From: Utricularia gibba
Lineage: Eukaryota; Plantae; Magnoliophyta
Length of the DNA: 64,000 nucleotides
Direction: 5' to 3'
Assembly (NCBI GenBank): GCA_002189035.1
Contig: NEEC01000101.1
Coordinates: 1 to 64,000 of the forward strand
The first letter of the stretch is position 1; each line of letters starts with the position of its first letter. Both the position numbers and the translations under genes were made by a program. Under the pieces are notes generated by a model, which saw nothing but the letters and a program-made list of their open reading frames with translations, did not search any database and was not told the origin of the DNA. This document shows, piece by piece, positions 25,301-40,480 of the stretch.

Positions 25301-28300
25301 AGTCAGCTGTAGCCCGTCAAAAGAAGTGATGCATTTATTAACGTTGGCTTGTCGGCGGCTGCCACATGGTTTTTAAAGCAACAGCTTGCCGTTTTAAGGC
25401 GGGTGCTGTCGTTGGCAGCTTTGTAAGGGCCCAAGGTTCGGTCTGGCTCCTGAGCCCAATCGGGTCCTACTCGATGAAAATCGTGATGCATTTGCTTTTG
25501 TTAGGATGTCATGAGAACCCCAATGGGTTTTCTCCACACTCTACTTTATATTTGAGAAGGCGCTCTCGGGGGGTTTAGGGATTGGGCCAGAGGTCGGGTC
25601 GGGCTCACGCCCATAGTCAGTTGTAGCGGAAAATAAGTCATGCATTTATCAACGTTGGGTTTTCGGCGGCTGCCTAAATGGTTTTTCAAGCAACAGCTTG
25701 CCGTTTTAAGGCGGGTGCTGTCGTTGGCAGCTTTGTAAGGGCCCAAGGTTTGGTCTGGCTCCTGAGCCCAATCGGGTCCTACTCGATGAAAATCGTGATG
25801 CATTTAATGAAGTTAGGATGTCATGAGCGCCCCAAATGGTTTTCTCAACAACCTGATTTATATTTGACGAGGTGCTCTAGGCTGGCACTAGTATCGAGCA
25901 AATGGTCGAGTCGCGCTCTGGCCCATAGTCATTTGTAGCCCGGCCAAAAAAGTGATGCATTTATTAACGTTGGGTTTTCGGCGGCTGCCTACATGCTTTT
26001 TGAGGCAAAAGTTGTCGTTTTTGGTGGGTGCTGTTGTTGGGAACTTCGTCCGGACCCAAGGTTCGGTCTGACTTCACAGCACAATAAGGTCCCATTCGAC
26101 GAAAATCGTGATACCTTTATTGCTGTTAGGATCTCATGATTACCCCAAATGCTTTTTTCAACAGCATGCTATACACTTGAGAAGGCGCTTTTGTGGGTCA
26201 CCGAGATCGGCCGGAATTCGGGTCGAGCTCGGGCCCAAAGTCAGCTGTAGCCCGATAAAAGAAGTGATGCATTTATTAACGTTGGGTTGTCGGCGGCTGC
26301 CCACATGGTTTTTCAAGCAACAGCTTGCCGTTTTAAGGCGGGTGCTGTCGTTGACAGCTTTGTAAGGGCCCAAGGTTTGGTCTGGCTCCTGAGCCCAATC
26401 GGGTCCTACTCGATGAAAATCGTGATGCATTTAATGAAGTTAGGATGTCATGAGCGCCCCAAATGGTTTTCTCAACAACCTGATTTATATTTGACGAGGT
26501 GCTCTAGGCTGGCACTAGTATCGAGCAAATGGTCGAGTCGCGCTCTGGCCCATAGTCATTTGTAGCCTGGTCAAAAAAGCGATGCATTTATTAACGTTGG
26601 GTTTTCGGCGGCTGCCTACATGCTTTTTGAAGCAAAAGTTGTCGTTTTTTGGCGGGTGCTGTTGTTGGGAACTTCGTCCGGACCCAAGGTTCGGTCTGAC
26701 TTCACAGCACAATAAGGTCCCATTCGACGAAAATCGTGATACCTTTATTGAAGTTAGGATCTCATGACCGCCCCAAATGCTTTTTTCAACAGCATGCTTT
26801 AAACTTGAGAAGGCGCTTTTGTGGGTCACCGAGATCGGGCCGGAATTCAGGTCGGCTTGGGGGACAAAGTCAGCTGTAGCCCGTCAAAAGAAGTGATGCA
26901 TTTATTAACGTTGGCTTGTCGGCGGCTGCCCACATGGTTTTTAAAGCAACAGCTTGCCGTTTTAAGGCGGGTGCTGTCGTTGGCAGCTTTGTAAGGCCCA
27001 AGGTTCGGTCTGGCTCCTGAGCCCAATCGGGTCCTACTCGATGAAAATCGTGATGCATTTGCTTTTGTTAGGATGTCATGAGAACCCCAATGGGTTTTCT
27101 CCACACTCTACTTTATATTTGAGAAGGCGCTCTCGGGGGGTTTAGGGATTGTCGGGTCGGGCTCACGCCCATAGTCAGTTGTAGCCCGGAAAATAAGTCA
27201 TGCATTTATCAACGTTGGGTTTTCGGCGGCTGCCTAAATGGTTTTTCAAGCAACAGCTTGCCGTTTTAAGGCGGGTGCTGTCGTTGGCAGCTTTGTAGGG
27301 CCCAAGGTTTGGTCTGGCTCCTGAGCCCAATCGGGTCCTACTCGATGAAAATCGTGATGCATTTAATGAAGTTAGGATGTCATGAGCGCCCCAAATGGTT
27401 TTCTCAACAACCTGATTTATATTTGACGAGGTGCTCTAGGCTGGCACTAGTATCGAGCAAATGGTCGAGTCGCGCTCTGGCCCATAGTCATTGTAGCCCG
27501 GCCAAAAAAGTGATGCATTTATTAACGTTGGTTTTCGGCGGCTGCCTACATGCTTTTTGAAGGCAAAAGTTGTCGTTTTTTGGCGGGTGCTGTTGTTGGG
27601 AACTTCGTCCGGACCCAAGGTTCGGTCTGACTTCACAGCACAATAAGGTCCCATTCGACGAAAATCGTGATACCTTTATTGCTGTTAGGATCTCATGATT
27701 ACCCCAAATGCTTTTTTCAACAGCATGCTATACACTTGAGAAGGCGCTTTTGTGGGTCACCGAGATCGGCCCGGAATTCGGGTCGAGCTCGGGCCCAAAG
27801 TCAGCTGTAGCCCGATAAAAGAAGTGATGCATTTATTAACGTTGGGTTGTCGGCGGCTGCCCACATGGTTTTTCAAGCAACAGCTTGCCGTTTTAAGGCG
27901 GGTGCTGTCGTTGACAGCTTTGTAAGGGCCCAAGGTTTGGTCTGGCTCCTGAGCCAATCGGGTCCTACTCGATGAAAATCGTGATGCATTTAATGAAGTT
28001 AGGATGTCATGAGCGCCCCAAATGGTTTTCTCAACAACCTGATTTATATTTGACGAGGTGCTCTAGGCTGGCACTAGTATCGAGCAAATGGTCGAGTCGC
28101 GCTCTGGCCCATAGTCATTTGTAGCCGGTCAAAAAAGCGATGCATTTATTAACGTTGGGTTTTCGGCGGCTGCCTACATGCTTTTTGAAGCAAAAGTTGT
28201 CGTTTTTTGGCGGGTGCTGTTGTTGGGAACTTCGTCCGGACCCAAGGTTCGGTCTGACTTCACAGCACAATAAGGTCCCATTCGACGAAAATCGTGATAC

Positions 28301-30186
28301 CTTTATTGAAGTTAGGATCTCATGACCGCCCCAAATGCTTTTTTCAACAGCATGCTTTAAACTTGAGAAGGCGCTTTTGTGGTCACCGAGATCGGGGAAT
28401 TCAGGTCGGGCGGGACAAAGTCAGCTGTAGCCCGTCAAAAGAAGTGATGCATTTATTAACACATGGTTTTTAAAGCAACAGCTTGCCGTTTTAAGGCGGT
28501 GCTGTCGTTGGCAGCTTTGTCCAAGGTTCGGTCTGGCTCCTGAGCCCAATCGGTCCTACTCGATGAAAATCGTGATGCATTTGCTTTTGTTAGGATGTCA
28601 TGAGAACCCCAATGGGTTGAGAAGGCGCTCTCCCAGGTCGGGTCGGCTCACGCCCATAGTCAGTTGTAGCCCGGAAAATAAGTCATGCATTTATCAACGT
28701 TGGTTTCGGCGGCTGCCTAAATGGTTTTTCAAGCAACAGCTTGCCGTTTTAAGGCGGGTGCTGTCGTTGGCAGCTTTGTAGGCCCAAGTTTGGTCTGGCT
28801 CCTGAGCCCAATCGGGTCCTACTCGATGAAAATCGTGATGCATTTAATGAAGTTAGGATGTCATGAGCGCCCCAAATGGTTTTCTCAACAACCTGATTTA
28901 TATTTGACGAGGTGCTCTAGGCTGGCACTAGTATCGAGCAAATGGTCGAGTCGCGCTCTGGCCCATAGTCATTTGTAGCCCGGCCAAAAAAGTGATGCAT
29001 TTATTAACGTTGGTTTTCGGCGGCTGCCTACATGCTTTTTGAAGCAAAAGTTGTCGTTTTTTGGCGGGTGCTGTTGTTGGGAACTTCGTCCGGACCCAAG
29101 GTTCGGTCTGACTTCACAGCACAATAAGGTCCCATTCGACGAAAATCGTGATACCTTTATTGCTGTTAGGATCTCATGATTACCCCAAATGCTTTTTTCA
29201 ACAGCATGCTATACACTTGAGAAGGCGCTTTTGTGGGTCACCGAGATCGGCCCGGAATTCGGGTCGAGCTCGGGCCCAAAGTCAGCTGTAGCCCGATAAA
29301 AGAGTGATGCATTTATTAACGTTGGGTTGTCGGCGGCTGCCCACATGGTTTTTCAAGCAACAGCTTGCCGTTTTAAGGCGGGTGCTGTCGTTGCAGCTTT
29401 GTAAGGGCCCAAGGTTTGGTCTGGCTCCTGAGCCCAATCGGGTCCTACTCGATGAAAATCGTGATGCATTTAATGAAGTTAGGATGTCATGAGCGCCCCA
29501 AATGGTTTTCTCAACAACCTGATTTATATTTGACGAGGTGCTCTAGGCTGGCACTAGTATCGAGCAAATGGTCGAGTCGCGCTCTGGCCCATAGTCATTT
29601 TGTAGCCGGCCAAAAAAGTGATGCATTTATTAACGTTGGGTTTTCGGCGGCTGCCTACATGCTTTTTGAAGCAAAAGTTGTCGTTTTTTTGGCGGGTGCT
29701 GTTGTTGGGAACTTCGTCCGGACCCAAGGTTCGGTCTGACTTCACAGCACAATAAGGTCCCATTCGACGAAAATCGTGATACCTTTATTGAAGTTAGGAT
29801 CTCATGACCGCCCCAAATGCTTTTTTCAACAGCATGCTTAAACTTGAGAAGGCGCTTTTGTGGGTCACCGAGATCGGGCCGGAATTCAGGTCGGGCCAAA
29901 GTCAGCTGTAGCCCGTCAAAAGAAGTGATGCATTTATTAACGTTGGTTGTCGGCGGCTGCCCACATGGTTTTTAAAGCAACAGCTTGCCGTTTTAAGGCG
30001 GGTGCTGTCGTTGGCAGCTTTGTAAGGGCCCAAGGTTCGGTCTGGCTCCTGAGCCCAATCGGGTCCTACTCGATGAAAATCGTGATGCATTTGCTTTGTT
30101 AGGATGTCATGAGAACCCCAATGGGTTTTCTCCACACTCTACTTTATATTTGAGAATTGGATTTCGGGTCGGCTCACGCCCATAGT

Positions 30187-31117
30187 CTAGCCCCATGCAT
30201 TTATCAACGTTGGGTTTTCGGCGGCTGCCTAAATGGTTTTTCAAGCAACAGCTTGCCGTTTTAAGGCGGGTGCTGTCGTTGGCAGCTTTGTAAGGGCCCA
30301 AGGTTTGGTCTGGCTCCTGAGCCCAATCGGGTCCTACTCGATGAAAATCGTGATGCATTTAATGAAGTTAGGATGTCATGAGCGCCCCAAATGGTTTTCT
30401 CAACAACCTGATTTATATTTGACGAGGTGCTCTAGGCTGGCACTAGTATCGAGCAAATGGTCGAGTCGCGCTCTGGCCCATAGTCATTTGTAGCCGGTCA
30501 AAAAAGCGATGCATTTTATTAACGTTGGGTTTTCGGCGGCTGCCTACATGCTTTTTGAAGCAAAAGTTGTCGTTTTTTGGCGGGTGCTGTTGTTGGGAAC
30601 TTCGTCCGGACCCAAGGTTCGGTCTGACTTCACAGCACAATAAGGTCCCATTCGACGAAAATCGTGATACCTTTATTGAAGTTAGGATCTCATGACCGCC
30701 CCAAATGCTTTTTTCAACAGCATGCTTTAAACTTGAGAAGGCGCTTTTGTGGGTCACCGAGATCGGGCCGGAATTCAGGTCGGGCTTGGGGACAAAGTCA
30801 GCTGTAGCCCGTCAAAAGAAGTGATGCATTTATTAACGTTGGCTTGTCGGCGGCTGCCCACATGGTTTTTTAAGCAACAGCTTGCCGTTTTAAGGCGGGT
30901 GCTGTCGTTGGCAGCTTTGTAAGGGCCCAAGGTTCGGTCTGGCTCCTGAGCCCAATCGGGTCCTACTCGATGAAAATCGTGATGCATTTGCTTTTGTTAG
31001 GATGTCATGAGAACCCCAATGGGTTTTCTCCACACTCTACTTTATATTTGAGAAGGCGCTCTCGGGGGGTTTAGGGATTGGGCCAGAGGTCGGGTCGGGC
31101 TCACGCCCATAGTCAGT
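30187..31117. repeat. Isolated 3-mer HOR (A-D-E)
   Basis: Degraded A head at ~30187, D ~30489, E ~30804, next A 31118. Confidence 0.78.
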
Positions 31118-34100
31118 TGTAGCCCGGAAAATAAGTCATGCATTTATCAACGTTGGGTTTTCGGCGGCTGCCTAAATGGTTTTTCAAGCAACAGCTTGCC
31201 GTTTTAAGGCGGGTGCTGTCGTTCTTTGTAAGGGCCCAAGGTTTGGTCTGGCTCCTGAGCCCAATCGGGTCCTACTCGATGAAAATCGTGATGCATTTAA
31301 TGAAGTTAGGATGTCATGAGCGCCCCAAATGGTTTTCTCAACAACCTGATTTATATTTGACGAGGTGCTCTAGGCTGGCACTAGTATCGAGCAAATGGTC
31401 GAGTCGCGCTCTGGCCATAGTCATTTGTAGCCCGGCCAAAAAAGTGATGCATTTATTAACGTTGGGTTTTCGGCGGCTGCCTACATGCTTTTTGAAGCAA
31501 AAGTTGTCGTTTTTTTGCGGGTGCTGTTGTTGGGAACTTCGTCCGGACCCAAGGTTCGGTCTGACTTCACAGCACAATAAGGTCCCATTCGACGAAAATC
31601 GTGATACCTTTATTGCAGTTAGGATCTCATGATTACCCCAAATGCTTTTTTCAACAGCATGCTATACACTTGAGAAGGCGCTTTTGTGGGTCACCGAGAT
31701 CGGCCGGAATTCGGGTCGAGCTCGGGCCCAAAGTCAGCTGTAGCCCGATAAAAGAAGTGATGCATTTATTAACGTTGGGTTGTCGGCGGCTGCCCACATG
31801 GTTTTTCAAGCAACAGCTTGCCGTTTTAAGGCGGGTGCTGTCGTTGACAGCTTTGTAAGGGCCCAAGGTTTGGTCTGGCTCCTGAGCCCAATCGGGTCCT
31901 ACTCGATGAAAATCGTGATGCATTTAATGAAGTTAGGATGTCATGAGCGCCCCAAATGGTTTTCTCAACAACCTGATTTATATTTGACGAGGTGCTCTAG
32001 GCTGGCACTAGTATCGAGCAAATGGTCGAGTCGCGCTCTGGCCCATAGTCATTTGTAGCCTGGTCAAAAAAGCGATGCATTTATTAACGTTGGGTTTTCG
32101 GCGGCTGCCTACATGCTTTTTGAAGCAAAAGTTGTCGTTTTTTGGCGGGTGCTGTTGTTGGGAACTTCGTCCGGACCCAAGGTTCGGTCTGACTTCACAG
32201 CACAATAAGGTCCCATTCGACGAAAATCGTGATACCTTTATTGAAGTTAGGATCTCATGACCGCCCCAAATGCTTTTTTCAACAGCATGCTTTAAACTTG
32301 AGAAGGCGCTTTTGTGGGTCACCGAGATCGGGCCGGAATTCAGGTCGGGCTTGGGGGACAAAGTCAGCTGTAGCCCGTCAAAAGAAGTGATGCATTTATT
32401 AACGTTGGCTTGTCGGCGGCTGCCCACATGGTTTTTAAAGCAACAGCTTGCCGTTTTAAGGCGGGTGCTGTCGTTGGCAGCTTTGTAAGGCCCAAGGTTC
32501 GGTCTGGCTCCTGAGCCCAATCGGGTCCTACTCGATGAAAATCGTGATGCATTTGCTTTTTTAGGATGTCATGAGAACCCCAATGGGTTTTCTCCACACT
32601 CTACTTTATATTTGAGAAGGCGCTCTCGGGGGTTTAGGGATTGGGCCAGAGGTCGGGTCGGGCTCACGCCCATAGTCAGTTGTAGCCCGGAAAATAAGTC
32701 ATGCATTTATCAACGTTGGGTTTTCGGCGGCTGCCTAAATGGTTTTTCAAGCAACAGCTTGCCGTTTTAAGGCGGGTGCTGTCGTTGGCAGCTTTGTAAG
32801 GGCCCAAGGTTTGGTCTGGCTCCTGAGCCCAATCGGGTCCTACTCGATGAAAATCGTGATGCATTTAATGAAGTTAGGATGTCATGAGCGCCCCAAATGG
32901 TTTTCTCAACAACCTGATTTATATTTGACGAGGTGCTCTAGGCTGGCACTAGTATCGAGCAAATGGTCGAGTCGCGCTCTGGCCCATAGTCATTTTGTAG
33001 CCCGGCCAAAAAAGTGATGCATTTATTAACGTTGGGTTTTCGGCGGCTGCCTACATGCTTTTTGAAGCAAAAGTTGTCGTTTTTTGGCGGGTGCTGTTGT
33101 TGGGAACTTCGTCCGGACCCAAGGTTCGGTCTGACTTCACAGCACAATAAGGTCCCATTCGACGAAAATCGTGATACCTTTATTGCAGTTAGGATCTCAT
33201 GATTACCCCAAATGCTTTTTTCAACAGCATGCTATACACTTGAGAAGGCGCTTTTGTGGGTCACCGAGATCGGCCCGGAATTCGGGTCGAGCTCGGGCCC
33301 AAAGTCAGCTGTAGCCCGATAAAGAAGTGATGCATTTATTAACGTTGGTTGTCGGCGGCTGCCCACATGGTTTTTCAAGCAACAGCTTGCCGTTTTAAGG
33401 CGGGTGCTGTCGTTGACAGCTTTGTAAGGGCCCAAGGTTTGGTCTGGCTCCTGAGCCCAATCGGGTCCTACTCGATGAAAATCGTGATGCATTTAATGAA
33501 GTTAGGATGTCATGAGCGCCCCAAATGGTTTTCTCAACAACCTGATTTATATTTGACGAGGTGCTCTAGGCTGGCACTAGTATCGAGCAAATGGTCGAGT
33601 CGCGCTCTGGCCCATAGTCATTTGTAGCCCGGTCAAAAAAGCGATGCATTTATTAACGTTGGGTTTTCGGCGGCTGCCTACATGCTTTTTGAAGCAAAAG
33701 TTGTCGTTTTTTGGCGGGTGCTGTTGTTGGGAACTTCGTCCGGACCCAAGGTTCGGTCTGACTTCACAGCACAATAAGGTCCCATTCGACGAAAATCGTG
33801 ATACCTTTATTGAAGTTAGGATCTCATGACCGCCCCAAATGCTTTTTTCAACAGCATGCTTTAAACTTGAGAAGGCGCTTTTGTGGGTCACCGAGATCGG
33901 GCCGGAATTCAGGTCGGGCTTGGGGGACAAAGTCAGCTGTAGCCCGTCAAAAGAAGTGATGCATTTATTAACGTTGGCTTGTCGGCGGCTGCCCACATGG
34001 TTTTTCAAGCAACAGCTTGCCGTTTTAAGGCGGGTGCTGTCGTTGGCAGCTTTGTAAGGGCCCAAGGTTCGGTCTGGCTCCTGAGCCCAATCGGGTCCTA

Positions 34101-37100
34101 CTCGATGAAAATCGTGATGCATTTGCTTTTGTTAGGATGTCATGAGAACCCCAATGGGTTTTCTCCACACTCTACTTTATATTTGAGAAGGCGCTCTCGG
34201 GGGGTTTAGGATTGGGCCAGAGGTCGGTCGGGCTCACGCCCATAGTCAGTTGTAGCCCGGAAAATAAGTCATGCATTTATCAACGTTGGGTTTTCGGCGG
34301 CTGCCTAAATGGTTTTTCAAGCAACAGCTTGCCGTTTTAAGGCGGTGCTGTCGTTGGCAGCTTTGTAAGGGCCCAAGGTTTGTCTGGCTCCTGAGCCCAA
34401 TCGGGTCCTACTCGATGAAAATCGTGATGCATTTAATGAAGTTAGGATGTCATGAGCGCCCCAAATGGTTTTCTCAACAACCTGATTTATATTTGACGAG
34501 GTGCTCTAGGCTGGCACTAGTATCGAGCAAATGGTCGAGTCGCGCTCTGGCCCATAGTCATTTGTAGCCCGGCCAAAAAAGTGATGCATTTATTAACGTT
34601 GGGTTTTCGGCGGCTGCCTACATGCTTTTTGAAGCAAAAGTTGTCGTTTTTTGGCGGGTGCTGTTGTTGGGAACTTCGTCCGGACCCAAGGTTCGGTCTG
34701 ACTTCACAGCACAATAAGGTCCCATTCGACGAAAATCGTGATACCTTTATTGCAGTTAGGATCTCATGATTACCCCAAATGCTTTTTTCAACAGCATGCT
34801 ATACACTTGAGAAGGCGCTTTTGTGGGTCACCGAGATCGGCCCGGAATTCGGGTCGAGCTCGGGCCCAAAGTCAGCTGTAGCCCGATAAAAGAAGTGATG
34901 CATTTATTAACGTTGGGTTGTCGGCGGCTGCCCACATGGTTTTTCAAGCAACAGCTTGCCGTTTTAAGGCGGGTGCTGTCGTTGACAGCTTTGTAAGGGC
35001 CCAAGGTTTGGTCTGGCTCCTGAGCCCAATCGGGTCCTACTCGATGAAAATCGTGATGCATTTAATGAAGTTAGGATGTCATGAGCGCCCCAAATGGTTT
35101 TCTCAACAACCTGATTTATATTTGACGAGGTGCTCTAGGCTGGCACTAGTATCGAGCAAATGGTCGAGTCGCGCTCTGGCCCATAGTCATTTGTAGCCGG
35201 CCAAAAAAGTGATGCATTTATTAACGTTGGGTTTTCGGCGGCTGCCTACATGCTTTTTGAAGCAAAAGTTGTCGTTTTTTGGCGGTGCTGTTGTTGGGAA
35301 CTTCGTCCGGACCCAAGGTTCGGTCTGACTTCACAGCACAATAAGGTCCCATTCGACGAAAATCGTGATACCTTTATTGAAGTTAGGATCTCATGACCGC
35401 CCCAAATGCTTTTTTCAACAGCATGCTTTAAACTTGAGAAGGCGCTTTTGTGGGTCACCGAGATCGGGCCGGAATTCAGGTCGGGCTTGGGGGACAAAGT
35501 CAGCTGTAGCCCGTCAAAAGAAGTGATGCATTTATTAACGTTGGTTGTCGGCGGCTGCCCACATGGTTTTTCAAGCAACAGCTTGCCGTTTTAAGGCGGG
35601 TGCTGTCGTTGGCAGCTTTGTAAGGCCCAAGGTTCGGTCTGGCTCCTGAGCCCAATCGGGTCCTACTCGATGAAAATCGTGATGCATTTGCTTTTGTTAG
35701 GATGTCATGAGAACCCCAATGGGTTTTCTCCACACTCTACTTTATATTTGAGAAGGCGCTCTCGGGGGTTTAGGATTGGGCCAGAGGTCGGGTCGGGCTC
35801 ACGCCCATAGTCAGTTGTAGCCCGGAAAATAAGTCATGCATTTATCAACGTTGGGTTTTCGGCGGCTGCCTAAATGGTTTTTCAAGCAACAGCTTGCCGT
35901 TTTAAGGCGGGTGCTGTCGTTGGCAGCTTTGTACGGGCCCAAGGTTTGGTCTGGCTCCTGAGCCCAATCGGGTCCTACTCGATGAAAATCGTGATGCATT
36001 TAATGAAGTTAGGATGTCATGAGCGCCCCAAATGGTTTTCTCAACAACCTGATTTATATTTGACGAGGTGCTCTAGGCTGGCACTAGTATCGAGCAAATG
36101 GTCGAGTCGCGCTCTGGCCATAGTCATTTGTAGCCCGGCCAAAAAAGTGATGCATTTATTAACGTTGGGTTTTCGGCGGCTGCCTACATGCTTTTTGAAG
36201 CAAAAGTTGTCGTTTTTTGGCGGGTGCTGTTGTTGGGAACTTCGTCCGGACCCAAGGTTCGGTCTGACTTCACAGCACAATAAGGTCCCATTCGACGAAA
36301 ATCGTGATACCTTTATTGCTGTTAGGATCTCATGATTACCCCAAATGCTTTTTTCAACAGCATGCTATACACTTGAGAAGGCGCTTTTGTGGGTCACCGA
36401 GATCGGCCCGGAATTCGGGTCGAGCTCGGGCCCAAAGTCAGCTGTAGCCCGATAAAAGAAGTGATGCATTTATTAACGTTGGGTTGTCGGCGGCTGCCCA
36501 CATGGTTTTTCAAGCAACAGCTTGCCGTTTTAAGGCGGGTGCTGTCGTTGCAGCTTTGTAAGGGCCCAAGGTTTGGTCTGGCTCCTGAGCCCAATCGGGT
36601 CCTACTCGATGAAAATCGTGATGCATTTAATGAAGTTAGGATGTCATGAGCGCCCCAAATGGTTTTCTCAACAACCTGATTTATATTTGACGAGGTGCTC
36701 TAGGCTGGCACTAGTATCGAGCAAATGGTCGAGTCGCGCTCTGGCCCATAGTCATTTGTAGCCGGTCAAAAAAGCGATGCATTTATTAATTTTGGGTTTT
36801 CGGCGGCTGCCTACATGCTTTTTCAAGAAAAGTTGTCGTTTTTTGGCGGGTGCTGTTGTTGGGAACTTCGTCCGGACCCAAGGTTCGGTCTGACTTCACA
36901 GCACAATAAGGTCCCATTCGACGAAAATCGTGATACCTTTATTGAAGTTAGGATCTCATGACCGCCCCAAATGCTTTTTTCAACAGCATGCTTTAAACTT
37001 GAGAAGGCGCTTTTGTGGTCACCGAGATCGGGCCGGAATTCAGGTCGGGCTTGGGACAAAGTCAGCTGTAGCCCGTCAAAAGAAGTGATGCATTTATTAA

Positions 37101-40100
37101 CGTTGGTTGTCGGCGGCTGCCCACATGGTTTTTCAAGCAACAGCTTGCCGTTTTAAGGCGGGTGCTGTCGTTGGCAGCTTTGTAAGGGCCCAAGGTTCGG
37201 TCTGGCTCCTGAGCCCAATCGGGTCCTACTCGATGAAAATCGTGATGCATTTGCTTTTGTTAGGATGTCATGAGAACCCAATGGGTTTTCTCCACACTCT
37301 ACTTTATATTTGAGAAGGCGCTCTCGGGGGTTTGGGATTGGGCCAGAGGTCGGGTCGGGCTCACGCCCATAGTCAGTTGTAGCCCGGAAAATAAGTCATG
37401 CATTTATCAACGTTGGGTTTTCGGCGGCTGCCTAAATGGTTTTTCAAGCAACAGCTTGCCGTTTTAAGGCGGGTGCTGTCGTTGGCAGCTTAAGGGCCCA
37501 AGGTTTGGTCTGGCTCCTGAGCCCAATCGGGTCCTACTCGATGAAAATCGTGATGCATTTAATGAAGTTAGGATGTCATGAGCGCCCCAAATGGTTTTCT
37601 CAACAACCTGATTTATATTTGACGAGGTGCTCTAGGCTGGCACTAGTATCGAGCAAATGGTCGAGTCGCGCTCTGGCCCATAGTCATTTGTAGCCCGGCC
37701 AAAAAAGTGATGCATTTATTAACGTTGGGTTTTCGGCGGCTGCCTACATGCTTTTTCAAGGAAAAGTTGTCGTTTTTTGGCGGGTGCTGTTGTTGGGAAC
37801 TTCGTCCGGACCCAAGGTTCGGTCTGACTTCACAGCACAATAAGGTCCCATTCGACGAAAATCGTGATACCTTTATTGCTGTTAGGATCTCATGATTACC
37901 CCAAATGCTTTTTTCAACAGCATGCTATACACTTGAGAAGGCGCTTTTGTGGGTCACCGAGATCGGCCCGGAATTCGGGTCGAGCTCGGGCCCAAAGTCA
38001 GCTGTAGCCCGATAAAAGAAGTGATGCATTTATTAACGTTGGGTTGTCGGCGGCTGCCCACATGGTTTTTCAAGCAACAGCTTGCCGTTTTAAGGCGGGT
38101 GCTGTCGTTGCAGCTTTGTAAGGGCCCAAGGTTTGGTCTGGCTCCTGAGCCCAATCGGGTCCTACTCGATGAAAATCGTGATGCATTTAATGAAGTTAGG
38201 ATGTCATGAGCGCCCCAAATGGTTTTCTCAACAACCTGATTTATATTTGACGAGGTGCTCTAGGCTGGCACTAGTATCGAGCAAATGGTCGAGTCGCGCT
38301 CTGGCCCATAGTCATTTGTAGCCGGGTCAAAAAAGTGATGCATTTATTAACGTTGGGTTTTCGGCGGCTGCCTACATGCTTTTTGAAGAAAAGTTGTCGT
38401 TTTTTGGCGGGTGCTGTTGTTGGGAACTTCGTCCGGACCAAGGTTCGGTCTGACTTCACAGCACAATAAGGTCCCATTCGACGAAAATCGTGATACCTTT
38501 ATTGAAGTTAGGATCTCATGACCGCCCCAAATGCTTTTTTCAACAGCATGCTTTAAACTTGAGAAGGCGCTTTTGTGGGTCACCGAGATCGGGCCGGAAT
38601 TCAGGTCGGGCTTGGGGGACAAAGTCAGCTGTAGCCCGTCAAAAGAAGTGATGCATTTATTAACGTTGGTTGTCGGCGGCTGCCCACATGGTTTTTAAGC
38701 AACAGCTTGCCGTTTTAAGGCGGGTGCTGTCGTTGGCAGCTTTGTAAGGGCCCAAGGTTCGGTCTGGCTCCTGAGCCCAATCGGGTCCTACTCGATGAAA
38801 ATCGTGATGCATTTGCTTTTGTTAGGATGTCATGAGAACCCCAATGGGTTTTCTCCACACTCTACTTTATATTTGAGAAGGCGCTCTCGGGGGTTTGGGA
38901 TTGGGCCAGAGGTCGGGTCGGGCTCACGCCCATAGTCAGTTGTAGCCCGGAAAATAAGTCATGCATTTATCAACGTTGGGTTTTCGGCGGCTGCCTAAAT
39001 GGTTTTTCAAGCAACAGCTTGCCGTTTTAAGGCGGGTGCTGTCGTTGGCAGCTTTGTAAGGGCCCAAGGTTTGGTCTGGCTCCTGAGCCCAATCGGGTCC
39101 TACTCGATGAAAATCGTGATGCATTTAATGAAGTTAGGATGTCATGAGCGCCCCAAATGGTTTTCTCAACAACCTGATTTATATTTGACGAGGTGCTCTA
39201 GGCTGGCACTAGTATCGAGCAAATGGTCGAGTCGCGCTCTGGCCCATAGTCATTTGTAGCCCGGCCAAAAAAGTGATGCATTTATTAACGTTGGGTTTTC
39301 GGCGGCTGCCTACATGCTTTTTGAGGCAAAAGTTGTCGTTTTTTGGCGGCGGGTGCTGTTGTTGGGAACTTCGTCCGGACCCAAGGTTCGGTCTGACTTC
39401 ACAGCACAATAAGGTCCCATTCGACGAAAATCGTGATACCTTTATTGCTGTTAGGATCTCATGATTACCCCAAATGCTTTTTTCAACAGCATGCTATACA
39501 CTTGAGAAGGCGCTTTTGTGGGTCACCGAGATCGGCCCGGAATCTGGAAAAGCCTAAGATAAAAGAAGTGATGCATTTATTAACGTTGGGTTGTCGGCGG
39601 CTGCCCACATGGTTTTTCAAGCAACAGCTTGCCGTTTTAAGCGGGTGCTGTCGTTGGCAGCTTTGTAAGGGCCCAAGGTTTGGTCTGGCTCCTGAGCCCA
39701 ATCGGGTCCTACTCGATGAAAATCGTGATGCATTTAATGAAGTTAGGATGTCATGAGCGCCCCAAATGGTTTTCTCAACAACCTGATTTATATTTGACGA
39801 GGTGCTCTAGGCTGGCACTAGTATCGAGCAAATGGTCGAGTCGCGCTCTGGCCCATAGTCATTTGTATCAAAAAAGTGATGCATTTATTAACGTTGGGTT
39901 TTCGGCGGCTGCCTACATGCTTTTTGAAGAAAAGTTGTCGTTTTTTGGCGGGTGCTGTTGTTGGGAACTTCGTCCGGACCCAAGGTTCGGTCTGACTTCA
40001 CAGCACAATAAGGTCCCATTCGACGAAAATCGTGATACCTTTATTGAAGTTAGGATCTCATGACCGCCCCAAATGCTTTTTTCAACAGCATGCTTTAAAC

Positions 40101-40480
40101 TTGAGAAGGCGCTTTTGTGGGTCACCGAGATCGGGCCGGAATTCGGTCGGCTTGGGGACAAAGTCAGCTGTAGCCCGTCAAAAGAATGATGCATTTATTA
40201 ACGTTGGGTTGTCGGCGGCTGCCCACATGGTTTTTAAAGCAACAGCTTGCCGTTTTAAGGCGGGTGCTGTCGTTGGCAGCTTTGTAAGGGCCCAAGGTTC
40301 GGTCTGGCTCCTGAGCCCAATCGGGTCCTACTCGATGAAAATCGTGATGCATTTGCTTTTGTTAGGATGTCATGAGAACCCAATGGGTTTTCTCCACACT
40401 CTACTTTATATTTGAGAAGGCGCTCTCGGGGGGTTTGGGATTGGGCCAGAGGTCGGGTCGGGCTCACGCCCATAGTCAGT

